A DNA stretch of 64,000 nucleotides from Planctomycetota bacterium (lineage in GTDB: Bacteria; Planctomycetota; JACOTG01; JAJDCM01): contig JAJDCM010000312.1 of assembly GCA_029260825.1 (NCBI GenBank), positions 5,215-69,214 of the forward strand. Direction: 5' to 3'. Of the stretch, positions 37,528 to 48,396 are shown in pieces (the first letter of the stretch is position 1; each line of letters begins with the position of its first letter). A program made the translations under genes and the position numbers. The notes under the pieces were generated by a model. It had not been told where the DNA came from. It was given only the letters and a program-made list of their open reading frames with translations, and did no database searches.

Positions 37528-38541
37528 TTAGAAAGGGAACCGCGGAAGAGTGGTTACTCGGGAGCCTTCATATTGAAGCTCGCGCCCGGCAGTGTGAACT
37601 TCAGCACCAATCGAACTCTGTTGGACGAAGACACCGAGAACGCCGGTGCTCGCACCGAGAGCCTCGAGTTGGAGCCAACCGGTGTTGACACCGTTCAGCT
37701 CGCTATCGTCACCGTCCACATCAAGATTGGCTTGGGTGACAGCCTGGGTCAACTGGCCAAGGGAAGCCTCGGTCCAGCAGTTAAAGCTAAAGGTTCGCGA
37801 GAAGCGACGCTCATTGTTGTTCCAGCCAAGGAGACGCATGTTGGTCACACTCGGGGAGGTCGCCATCAGGTAAATACTATTACTGAAAGTGACACCAGGA
37901 GCGGCGGCCGGAGTGCCTTCGCCGAAGAACTGGTCGAGGTAGAGCAGGTCTGGAAACGTGCTGTACTCGAAACCGTCAAAATCGACGGTGGACGGGGTGA
38001 AGGCGTCGGTATCGGTGAAGAAACGTCCGCAATCGTCCATGCCTCGACCGGAGTCGGCCGCGGCAGGATTCCCCTCGAAAGAGTAGGGCGTGTAGGCCCA
38101 CTCGAAATCGAATTCGGAATTGACGATGTGAGCACTTCCGATCATCTCATCGTAATCGATGGGAAAACCACTCTCGGGATCGCGAGCCTCGACCGTGAGG
38201 AATCCTTCCTCTTGGTTCGGGTTGTGACCGCGAGCCAATACGACGATTTGATCTGCAGGGGTGAGATCTTCATCGAGGTTGGACTCGGCCCAGGTGGTAC
38301 CGTCGGTGTAGACGAAGTGCAATCGGACATCGCCCTGGCGAAAACCGTTTCCGCAAGAGCCTTCGTCTTGGTTGGTATTGGTGACGCAAATAACCGTATT
38401 GTTGCCACTCGTTGAATTGAACAGGGGGTAAATCAGAAAACTACCCGGTTGGGAGTGAGTCGGCTGAGCCATTACCGGTGCCGGCAACATGGCCGCAACC
38501 GCGAGGACGGCAACCATCCCCGGCAACACAAATTTCGTCAT
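37528..38541 (-). CDS. Secreted protein, unrecognised family, paralog D
   Basis: ATG 38541 is preceded by AAGGAGGAG. Signal peptide MTKFVLPGMVAVLAVAAMLPAPVMA|QP. Ends ...LPRFPF. The ORF is open to 38667. Confidence 0.8.
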   Translation of the reverse strand: MTKFVLPGMVAVLAVAAMLPAPVMAQPTHSQPGSFLIYPLFNSTSGNNTVICVTNTNQDEGSCGNGFRQGDVRLHFVYTDGTTWAESNLDEDLTPADQIVVLARGHNPNQEEGFLTVEARDPESGFPIDYDEMIGSAHIVNSEFDFEWAYTPYSFEGNPAAADSGRGMDDCGRFFTDTDAFTPSTVDFDGFEYSTFPDLLYLDQFFGEGTPAAAPGVTFSNSIYLMATSPSVTNMRLLGWNNNERRFSRTFSFNCWTEASLGQLTQAVTQANLDVDGDDSELNGVNTGWLQLEALGASTGVLGVFVQQSSIGAEVHTAGRELQYEGSRVTTLPRFPF

Positions 38542-38715
38542 TGAATCTCCTCCTTGACGTCTTGAGTCGGATCCGAGATCTCGGTCATCGAGACCCCAGC
38601 CGAAAAATTTCACTGTCATACGTTTGTTCGGTCCCATTCTTTTGCGTTCCGCCAGCGGCGGCCCCACCTCCTTCCGTAGCTCCTTATTCCTCCTGTGACC
38701 GGGATGCTCCCGGCC

Positions 38716-39324
38716 TTACTTCTTGTTCTGTGAGCCCCCGATCAGAGGCTTCTTGATCAGATCAGGAACAGGAGGCGTCGGGCGGCGCCCCGGTGCTCCC
38801 CCCCCCATCGCTTTTTTCATATCGAACTTCTTGTACCAGACTCCGTCGACTCGCATCCATTCGGCGTCGGTGATCTCGGACGTCGTCAGGGTGGACTCGG
38901 AAGTCAGTCCCGCCGGTGGGGTCTTGATGCGCCAATCGTAGATGATGTGGGCAACACCCACGTCACCATCGACGGTCACGTCCACGAGCTGGAATTTCTC
39001 GTAAATAGCTGACCCTTTAGAGGCTTGGTATGCAGTCAATCGCATTTGCTTCTTGAATTCCGGATCCCAGAAATCGAATTGGCGGGCAAGAATCGCGTTG
39101 TACGCCCCTTCGTCTTCATACAGATGGTGCATCTCGAGTCGAGTATCCCAGAATGCTTGGACTCGGTTTTTCAGGTCTTGAACCGGATCATCGGAAGTCG
39201 AAATCGCTGCGTCTGCGCCCCCTGAACAGGACACAATGAATCCTGACATGCCGATAAGACATGTACCCAGGACCAGTTTGATTCCAACTGTCCTCATCCA
39301 GCTCCAAGTGCGATCGTAATTCAC
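38716..39324 (-). CDS. Hypothetical lipoprotein, possibly NTF2/SnoaL-like fold
   Basis: Lipobox GFIVSC. The C-terminal pattern AEWMRVDGVWYKK is typical of NTF2-like proteins, but this is weak evidence. An alternative start is ATG 39297. Confidence 0.5.
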   Translation of the reverse strand: MNYDRTWSWMRTVGIKLVLGTCLIGMSGFIVSCSGGADAAISTSDDPVQDLKNRVQAFWDTRLEMHHLYEDEGAYNAILARQFDFWDPEFKKQMRLTAYQASKGSAIYEKFQLVDVTVDGDVGVAHIIYDWRIKTPPAGLTSESTLTTSEITDAEWMRVDGVWYKKFDMKKAMGGGAPGRRPTPPVPDLIKKPLIGGSQNKK

Positions 39325-39589
39325 TGGAATACACTCCTAAGCGTAGAGTTCCGGGAACAGCCGAACACAAAGGGGTTCGACATCTAACTCGGTCTCTAAC
39401 CAAAGATCGGTGGCCCAAATGATTCGGCACCGCCGAGAAGAGTGTGTGCTATCCCCTACGTTGTCAAAGCAGGCAATCCCCTGCCCACTGTGGGCCAAAT
39501 TATACGAACGGTATTGTTCGTGTAAAGGACAAAGTCTGCTTTGTTTGGGGCACACTCCAGGGCAAAACCCGCGGTTTTGCCCGTTCACC

Positions 39590-39730
39590 CTAAAGCTTGA
39601 TTGTTTGCTCCGTTTTCAAGAAGACGATCCGACCCTTTTCCATGGAAACGACGATCTTTCCAAAGAACTCCTGGTTGATCAGCTTTTCGATTTCTTGCAG
39701 GTACTTCTTGTTCTGCTCGGCCTTATCCAT
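39590..39730 (-). CDS. YezD/DUF2292-like small protein (46 aa), below the ORF-track length cutoff
   Basis: MDKAEQNKKYLQEIEKLINQEFFGKIVVSMEKGRIVFLKTEQTIKL. The F-G-x-I-x-I...G-R-I-V...E pattern matches the YezD family. AAGGAT lies upstream. A 9-bp hairpin (gggcaaaac/gttttgccc) lies just downstream. Confidence 0.6.
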   Translation of the reverse strand: MDKAEQNKKYLQEIEKLINQEFFGKIVVSMEKGRIVFLKTEQTIKL

Positions 39731-40333
39731 AGCACCGGCATCCTTTTCCGCAAACGATCAAGTTCAAGGCTTCCATCGGAGGCCATCTGATTCTTGACCT
39801 AGAAACAACTTCTAAGTCGTTTTCTAACAACAACCAAGACCTAGCTTCAAGTTCAGCCTGATCTTGCACATAAACCGATGAGCAAGATGCAAACTCCGTT
39901 CCCTCCATGGCGAATGGCCTTGCGGCAATGCAATATTCAGGAACGTCAAAGGACACACGAGTTTACACTGAATCCAATCCGCAGTGCACCCCCCATCGAA
40001 GAAAACCGATGAAGAAAACCCTCCTCTTCCTTGCTACGTCTGGCCCGCAGATTCGCCTCAAAACAACCATAAACAGCTAATTTAGCTGCTTTTATGCACA
40101 AACGCAACGAAATGAACATTCTGTGGTTGATGGACAACTCACCCCCTGCTCAGGACCCAACCACCCCAAGGTAGGCAGACTGTCCATTCAAGTCAATCAG
40201 GAATACAAGTGCAAACGGGACCGAATGCGCCCCCAAAAAAATGGCCCAACTCCCTTAGTACGTCTCCCAATCTGAGAATGTATTCTCAATTCTGATATCC
40301 GAATCGAAAATCGCCCCTGATCGGTGAGCCCAA

Positions 40334-41287
40334 GTGGATGAACCCCCTCTCTCTGAGTTTCTGGCGTACCTCGACTCGGAGGCGGGTTTGGCCAGGAACA
40401 CGATCCTGGCATATCGAACGGATCTGACTCATTTCGTACACCATTTGTCCGGGCTTGAGCTAACCCCATCGGAAATCAGGGGACCAGCTCCCATCCTTTC
40501 CTTCCTCGCGGCAGAACGGAATCGAGGCCAGAACCCGAGCTCGATTGCCCGGGCACTCAGTGCCATCCGGATGTTTCTGCGCTTTCTCCTGGCAGAAGGG
40601 CTCCAGCCGTCTGATCCGACCGCTGACCTACCCACACCCAAGAAATGGCAACGTCTTCCGGGCACTCTCGGGCCCGAGGTCGTCGAAAAGCTGCTCTCTG
40701 CCCCGAACAAGACGACTCTTTTAGGATGCCGAGACATTGCCCTCCTGGAAACATTATATGCTTCGGGCCTCCGGGTCTCGGAATGCATTCATCTTCGGCC
40801 CGGTGACATTCACCCAGACCTCGGAATCCTCAGATGCCTGGGAAAAGGAAGTAAAGAGAGGATCGTCCCTGTGGGCGCTCGAGCTCTGGGAGCCCTGGAT
40901 CGATACTCGAAAAAGGCCAGGCCACGGCTTCTGGGGAAAAAGACCTCCCCCTGGCTCTTTCTGTCCCGAACCGGTCGGCTACTCACCCGAGACATGGTCT
41001 GGAGGATCGTGCGCAAGTACGCTCAAATCATCCAGTTGCTCCCTCTTCCTTCGCCCCACACCCTTCGGCATGCCTTTGCCACCCATCTACTTTCAAACGG
41101 GGCGGATCTCCGGTCGGTGCAGGAAATGCTCGGCCACGCCGACGTCTCGACGACCCAGATCTACACTCACGTTGATGCGAACCGACTCAAGTCGTTTCAC
41201 CGTCAATTTCACCCCCGCGCATCGGGTCTTCCTGACCCGCCAGGCGAGCCAGCTCCGAAAGAATCTCCCGAGCCCCTCGAAGACTGA
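40334..41287 (+). CDS. xerD: Site-specific tyrosine recombinase XerD/XerC type
   Basis: EFLAYLDSEAGLARNTILAYRTDL, ETLYASGLRVSE, PHTLRHAFATHLL and LGHADVSTTQIYTHV. GTG start. Confidence 0.88.
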   Translation: MDEPPLSEFLAYLDSEAGLARNTILAYRTDLTHFVHHLSGLELTPSEIRGPAPILSFLAAERNRGQNPSSIARALSAIRMFLRFLLAEGLQPSDPTADLPTPKKWQRLPGTLGPEVVEKLLSAPNKTTLLGCRDIALLETLYASGLRVSECIHLRPGDIHPDLGILRCLGKGSKERIVPVGARALGALDRYSKKARPRLLGKKTSPWLFLSRTGRLLTRDMVWRIVRKYAQIIQLLPLPSPHTLRHAFATHLLSNGADLRSVQEMLGHADVSTTQIYTHVDANRLKSFHRQFHPRASGLPDPPGEPAPKESPEPLED

Positions 41288-43091
41288 TTCCCGGAACTCG
41301 AGACAGGTCCTCGGCGGTGGCCTGCCGAATCGCAGCCAGTGAGCCGAACTCGACGAGCAATTGCCGCTTTCTTTCCGGTCCGATGCCCCGGATCGAATCC
41401 AGGTCACTCCTCACCACTCGCCGGGATCGAAGGCTCCGGTGATAGGTGATGGCAAATCGATGCGCTTCATCTCGAATTCTGACCAGAAGAAAATTCTCCT
41501 GACTCTCCTGATCAAGCGTGATCGGCAAGGTGCGTCCCGGGAGAAAGACTCGCTCATCACTGCGGCTTGGCTCGCTACCACCACGAAGCGTTCGAGCCTT
41601 GGCAAGTCCCACGATGGGCAGGGTCTGATCAATTCCAAGATCGACCAGAGACTCAAGGGCCGCCGAAAGCTGCCCCTTTCCTCCATCGATCACCACGAGA
41701 TCGGGTAGCTTTCCGCCTTCATCAAGGAGTCGGGCATATCGACGCCGAACGACCTCTGTCATCGAGGCAAAATCATCCTGGCCGGATGACTCGCTGATTT
41801 GAAAACGGCGATATTCCGACGGCTCGGGTCGACCGGAAACAAAGACGACCATCGACGCCACGGTCTCTTTTCCCATCAGGGTCGAGATGTCAAAACATTC
41901 GATTCGACGCGGAATGCGCGGGAGCTCAAAAGTCTTCGCAAGATTCGCGAGCGTCTCGGCCATTTCATTTTCCAGCCGAGCTCGGGTGCGGTACGAAGCT
42001 TGCGCGTTGACCTCGGCAAGGCCAAGAAGTCGCTTCTTTTCCCCTCTTTTTGCCACAACAACCGGGATTCTTTTTCCGCGCCTCTCACCGAGCAAACTTT
42101 CCAGCATGTCGGTATCTGGAACCTCAATGGGAATCACAACAGACTCCGGAACCGGGTTGCCCTGGGCATAGTACTGGGAAAGAAACGACGCCAGTACTTC
42201 AGCGTCCCCGAGCTTTGTCTGGAACGAGTGAGTGAGGGAGCTCACGAGACTCCGCTTTCGAATGAACAACATGGCGATTTCGACCCGGTTCTTCTCCCGG
42301 TGAAATCCGACCACATCAATATCATCGGATACGGTTCGGGTGACGATCTGCCCCTCGATCGTCTTTCGGATCGCGGTCACCTGATCTCGAAGGGAGGCCG
42401 CCCTTTCAAACTCAAGCTCCACCGCAGCCTTTCTCATGCGCCGATCCAGGTCTCGCACGAGCTCCTTGCTTTTCCCCTGAAGGAACATGGAAACCTGATC
42501 CGCAAGGCGACGATGTTCGGGAAGGCTGATCAGCCCGCAGCAGGGAGCCCGGCAGCGACCGATCTGATACTTGAGACAGGGTCTCCTGGAATGGGCCTTG
42601 AAGAACCCATCGGAGCACGGCCGGATTCCAAAGTGCTTGCCAATGAACTTGACCGTGGCCCGAACCGCAGATGCCGAAGAAAACGGGCCAAAGTAGAGAG
42701 CTCCATCGTCCCGAACCTTGCGCACCACCGAGAGCCGAGGAATTTCCGCATCCGGATCCAGCCGGAGTGAAACAAAAGACTTATCGTCCCGAAGATTGAT
42801 GTTGAAAGACGGTCGGTCTCTCTTGATCAACGTGTTCTCCAGAAGGAGAGCCTCTTTTTCCGTCGCGGTGACGATGAACTCGACCGAATGAATTTCCTTC
42901 TGGAGCTGGTGGATCAGAAACCGTCCGTCTCCCCCGACCCGAAAGTACGAGCGGACCCGATTTCGAAGGGACTTTGCCTTTCCGATGTACAGGACCCGGC
43001 CATCTCGATCCCGAAAACGATAGATTCCAGGGTCCTTCGGGGCCGTCTCCACCTGGGCCTTGAGCTCGGGATTAAGACAGGGCTCGTTCAT
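41187..43091 (-). CDS. uvrC: Excinuclease ABC subunit C
   Basis: GIY-YIG (PGIYRFRDRDGRVLYIGKAKSLRNRVRSY), a UVR domain, the endonuclease domain and a C-terminal (HhH)2 (IRGIGPERKRQLLVEFGSL). Confidence 0.95.
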   Translation of the reverse strand: MNEPCLNPELKAQVETAPKDPGIYRFRDRDGRVLYIGKAKSLRNRVRSYFRVGGDGRFLIHQLQKEIHSVEFIVTATEKEALLLENTLIKRDRPSFNINLRDDKSFVSLRLDPDAEIPRLSVVRKVRDDGALYFGPFSSASAVRATVKFIGKHFGIRPCSDGFFKAHSRRPCLKYQIGRCRAPCCGLISLPEHRRLADQVSMFLQGKSKELVRDLDRRMRKAAVELEFERAASLRDQVTAIRKTIEGQIVTRTVSDDIDVVGFHREKNRVEIAMLFIRKRSLVSSLTHSFQTKLGDAEVLASFLSQYYAQGNPVPESVVIPIEVPDTDMLESLLGERRGKRIPVVVAKRGEKKRLLGLAEVNAQASYRTRARLENEMAETLANLAKTFELPRIPRRIECFDISTLMGKETVASMVVFVSGRPEPSEYRRFQISESSGQDDFASMTEVVRRRYARLLDEGGKLPDLVVIDGGKGQLSAALESLVDLGIDQTLPIVGLAKARTLRGGSEPSRSDERVFLPGRTLPITLDQESQENFLLVRIRDEAHRFAITYHRSLRSRRVVRSDLDSIRGIGPERKRQLLVEFGSLAAIRQATAEDLSRVPGISLRGAREILSELARLAGQEDPMRGGEIDGETT

Positions 43092-43094
43092 CGA

Positions 43095-45140
<2,046 letters not shown>

Positions 45141-45206
45141 GTTCGCGAGCTTAGCATAAGCAGTTTCCCACCCCAAGCGACCCGGTTGGGCTATAATGTC
45201 AGGAGC

Positions 45207-46151
45207 ATGAAAATCTACTATGACGATCTCTTTCTGCAGCACGAAACAGGCGAGCATCCGGAATGTCCCGATCGTCTCCGGTCCATCGTGTCTCACCTTC
45301 GAAGCGGGAAATTTGCCCCTCTCCTTTCTGTTCCCGCTGATCGATCGGCCTCCGACGAAGACCTCCTCCTGGTCCACACGGAGAGCCATGTCAAGAAGGT
45401 CCAGGAAGCATGCCGACGGGGAGGAGGCCAGCTGGACCCGGATACCCGGGCAAGCGCCCATTCAGACCACATTGCGTGCCGTGCCATTGGAACTCTGATG
45501 GAGGCTGCCGAGGAGGCGGTGACCGACACGGGGGAGCATCAATCCCTTGTCCTCACACGGCCTCCCGGCCATCACGCAACTCGGAACCAGCCGATGGGCT
45601 TCTGTCTCTTCAACCACATCGCCGTGGTTGCCCGTCACTTGCAAAGAACCCAAGGGCTCGAAAACGTCGCGATCCTCGATTTCGATGCTCACCACGGAAA
45701 CGGAACCCAGGACATCTTCTTTGCCGATCCGACGGTTTCCTATCTGTCGATTCACCGCGCCCCACCCTTTTATCCGGGAACCGGAGCGATCCGGGAAAAA
45801 GGAGACGGAAGAGGCGTCGGAACCACGTTGAACTTCCCCATCGAAGGACCTCCTTTCCCGGTCGATGCGGGAAAGCTCTTCACCGAGGAAGCCACCCGCT
45901 GGATCGAAGAGTTCCGTCCGGACATCGTCCTCGTTTCCGCGGGCTTTGATGGCTATTTCGCCGATCCGCTGGCGGGGCTCGAAATGAACGTTGAAGACTT
46001 CGAGTTCATCGGCCGAGGCTTGCGAGAAGTTACCGAGAAAGTCTGCGGTGGCCGACTCGTGTCCGTCCTCGAAGGAGGCTATGATCTGTCCGGCCTTCCC
46101 CTGTGCGTGGAGGCCTACATCAAAGGAATACTGGGAAAAGAAGGCGCGTGA
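45207..46151 (+). CDS. Histone deacetylase-family protein (AcuC / acetylpolyamine amidohydrolase-like)
   Basis: [26 protein letters not shown] and EGGY. ATG 45207 is preceded by AGGAG, with TATAAT at 45192-45197. Confidence 0.88.
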   Translation: MKIYYDDLFLQHETGEHPECPDRLRSIVSHLRSGKFAPLLSVPADRSASDEDLLLVHTESHVKKVQEACRRGGGQLDPDTRASAHSDHIACRAIGTLMEAAEEAVTDTGEHQSLVLTRPPGHHATRNQPMGFCLFNHIAVVARHLQRTQGLENVAILDFDAHHGNGTQDIFFADPTVSYLSIHRAPPFYPGTGAIREKGDGRGVGTTLNFPIEGPPFPVDAGKLFTEEATRWIEEFRPDIVLVSAGFDGYFADPLAGLEMNVEDFEFIGRGLREVTEKVCGGRLVSVLEGGYDLSGLPLCVEAYIKGILGKEGA

Positions 46152-46201
46152 GCCCCTGTTCTTATTCACGCGACGCTCGATCTTGAGGAGAAAACCCGAC
46201 C

Positions 46202-46984
46202 ATGGCAAGACAACCGCTAAAAGGTGGACGACGCCCGTCCAGCAGCAAGAGAACCGGTAGCCCAAGCTCCCGCAATCCGCGAGATTCCTCGCGAACCAGA
46301 CAACGGCGCTACGAGAGCAAACGAGAGAGCCGGAACAACCCGACTCTTCCCCTCTTGATCGGAGGTGCCGGGATTCTCGTCACCGGGATCGTCATCTTCA
46401 TGTTCATGCAGGCAACTTCCAATGTGTCCGATTCCCAGAAAGGGAAGATCGGGCAAGGAGTTCTCGGCGACATCAAGGAGACCGTGGTAGCCCATGAGAT
46501 TCCGGCCGAAGCTGCTTCCCCTGAAGAAGCGGAAGAGGACGAAAAGGATGCGGACGTCCTTGAAGTGAAGAAGAAAAAGAGGGTTCGCCTGACGCCCCAG
46601 GAGCTCCCTCATCCGGAAAGCCTCTCGAACAACCAAAAAGAGAGGCTCGACGCTCTGATCACATCCATTCTTGACCTGAACAATCCCTCGTCGGCGGACG
46701 AATCTCGTAGAGCGGTCAAGACCATGGGAATTGAAGCCCTCCCCGCAATGCTTACAAGCTGGTACAAGCTGGACATGACCGACCAGGATCAAGTGATCCA
46801 GGCCAACATCATGGTTGCCACCATGCTTGACATCGCCGGCCTGCAAGATCGTGACTACTACCGGTTCCCCGTCCAGGGAATGGAGCCGGATGACATTGAA
46901 TTCAGGGAGACGGTGCGCTCTCGATGGTATCGATGGTGGGGAGAGAATCGAGACGACTTGCTTCCGGCTCCCACGGAAGACTAG
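46202..46984 (+). CDS. Hypothetical membrane-anchored protein
   Basis: Arg/Ser-rich N-terminus and one TM helix (LPLLIGGAGILVTGIVIFMF). AGGAG lies upstream. No recognised domain. Confidence 0.55.
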   Translation: MARQPLKGGRRPSSSKRTGSPSSRNPRDSSRTRQRRYESKRESRNNPTLPLLIGGAGILVTGIVIFMFMQATSNVSDSQKGKIGQGVLGDIKETVVAHEIPAEAASPEEAEEDEKDADVLEVKKKKRVRLTPQELPHPESLSNNQKERLDALITSILDLNNPSSADESRRAVKTMGIEALPAMLTSWYKLDMTDQDQVIQANIMVATMLDIAGLQDRDYYRFPVQGMEPDDIEFRETVRSRWYRWWGENRDDLLPAPTED

Positions 46985-47103
46985 GAATAACCGTCCGATC
47001 AATCCATCACTAGTTTTCGAAATCGTGTCGAACCTAGAGTCAGAGCCTCCCATTCCCAATAGAGTCTCAATTAGAAGGTCGTTCTACGGATTAGAGGATC
47101 GAC

Positions 47104-47376
47104 ATGAAGAGGCACGCAAACTCGAAGCCTGACAAAGAAGGCCTGCAGCACCTGAGACACGTCGCGAACGAGGCGTTCCCAAGGCTCACGGTACAGTTTT
47201 GCAGCCACGGCGACCTCGGAGGACATCGTGCTCCGAGAGATCACACGCTTGCGTTCCGCCTCATCGACGCCCGGGGCAAGTTCCGCTCCAACGTGATCTG
47301 GGTTATGCCTCGGACCCTCACGAATTGGACGGCAGAAGATGTTCGCCAAGCCGTCGAGAGGAGCAACGGCAAATGA
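47104..47376 (+). CDS. Hypothetical small protein (90 aa)
   Basis: GAGGA lies 5 nt upstream of the ATG. The composition is protein-like. No recognised domain. Confidence 0.4.
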   Translation: MKRHANSKPDKEGLQHLRHVANEAFPRLTVQFCSHGDLGGHRAPRDHTLAFRLIDARGKFRSNVIWVMPRTLTNWTAEDVRQAVERSNGK

Positions 47377-47414
47377 TTTGCGAACGTGTACCTGGGATCC
47401 ATTGAGAAAATCGA

Positions 47415-47975
47415 CTAGGGAATCGGATCCATCACCAACACCGCAGCCGCAAGCACCGTCGTCCAGAGGCCATTCTTGGAACCGGTTGCGGTCTGGGTGA
47501 TGTTCGTCGTCTTGTAAATTTCACCGCTGATCTTCCACTGGTCTTTCTTCTCATCCCAGGAAGCATCGGGATCGAAATCTACACCCAATGTTGTGGCGAG
47601 CATTTCGGCCGCCAGATCCTCGGCGTAATCTGCGGCGGTGCCTCCTGTCACACCGTATCCATGATACTCGGATAAGTATCCATATCGACTGGGATCCTTG
47701 GGGATCGAGACGCCGACGGACGAGGCCACGAGACGACGATACTCGTTGGTTTCAGACCTGGCATAGACACAGAAAACCACCTGGCCAGGCTTCAGCGCTC
47801 GGAGCCCTCTCTCCTTCGAGACGATCTTGCAGTCGGGAGGAAAGATGCTGGAGACACTCACCAGGTTCAAATGAGCCATGCCTGCTTTTCGGAGCGCAAG
47901 CTCAAAGCTCGCCAACTTCTCCTTGTGGACACCCACGCCCTTGGTCAAGAAGATCGAATGAGGAATCAGATTCAA
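47415..47975 (-). CDS. pdaD: Pyruvoyl-dependent arginine decarboxylase
   Basis: FLTKGVGVHKEKLASFELALRKAGMAHLNLVSVSSIFPP includes the self-cleaving Ser-Ser site. The probable start is TTG at 47975 (GGAGA 6 nt upstream), giving about 186 aa. The ORF is open to ATG 48095 but that would overlap the upstream gene. Confidence 0.8.
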   Translation of the reverse strand: MNLIPHSIFLTKGVGVHKEKLASFELALRKAGMAHLNLVSVSSIFPPDCKIVSKERGLRALKPGQVVFCVYARSETNEYRRLVASSVGVSIPKDPSRYGYLSEYHGYGVTGGTAADYAEDLAAEMLATTLGVDFDPDASWDEKKDQWKISGEIYKTTNITQTATGSKNGLWTTVLAAAVLVMDPIP

Positions 47976-48069
47976 TGGCTGTCTCCATGAAGGTTCATTG
48001 AGCCGGATGCGCGGGCTTTGAAGGCCAAGCCTCGGGACACCGACTGTTCTTAAGGCTGGATCGGGGTAT

Positions 48070-48348
48070 TTAGTTTTCTGCGCTCTCTGGGTCAAGGGAA
48101 TCGGGGAGATCGTCTCCCGAGAGGTCCACGTTCACGCCGAGCTCCCGAAAGTACTCAACAAGGCGCTCGATCTCAACGGCGCCTCCCTCAAGATCAAGGG
48201 CCATCATCCCCTTGGAGTCGGAAATACTCGCTCCCCGAATGTTGTAGACGACCTTGAATTTCTGGGGGATCGACCAAAAGATGGGCACGGACAGTACCTT
48301 CTTTGGAAAGGTCAAGATCACTCGCTGACTCACCTTTTCCTCGCTCAT
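48070..48348 (-). CDS. NIL-domain small protein
   Basis: RVILTFPKKVLSVPIFWSIPQKFKVVYNIRGASISDSKGMMALDLEGGAVEIERLVEYFRELGVNV matches the NIL (MetN C-terminal-like) domain pattern. Confidence 0.65.
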   Translation of the reverse strand: MSEEKVSQRVILTFPKKVLSVPIFWSIPQKFKVVYNIRGASISDSKGMMALDLEGGAVEIERLVEYFRELGVNVDLSGDDLPDSLDPESAEN

Positions 48349-48396
48349 CCTGTGTCGCTCCTTTCAAAGTCGAAATATCTCTTCGCGGCCCCCATT

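Noticed and set aside
40334-41287. The tyrosine recombinase as a marker of an integrated mobile element
   Set aside because: Its motifs and length fit chromosomal XerC/XerD. It lies next to uvrBC, and there is no adjacent tRNA, direct repeat, or phage or transposon gene.
45141-45461. 107-codon upstream extension of uvrB
   Set aside because: It has no UvrB similarity and overlaps the divergent deacetylase gene. The canonical UvrB N-terminus ([17 protein letters not shown]) follows ATG 45140.
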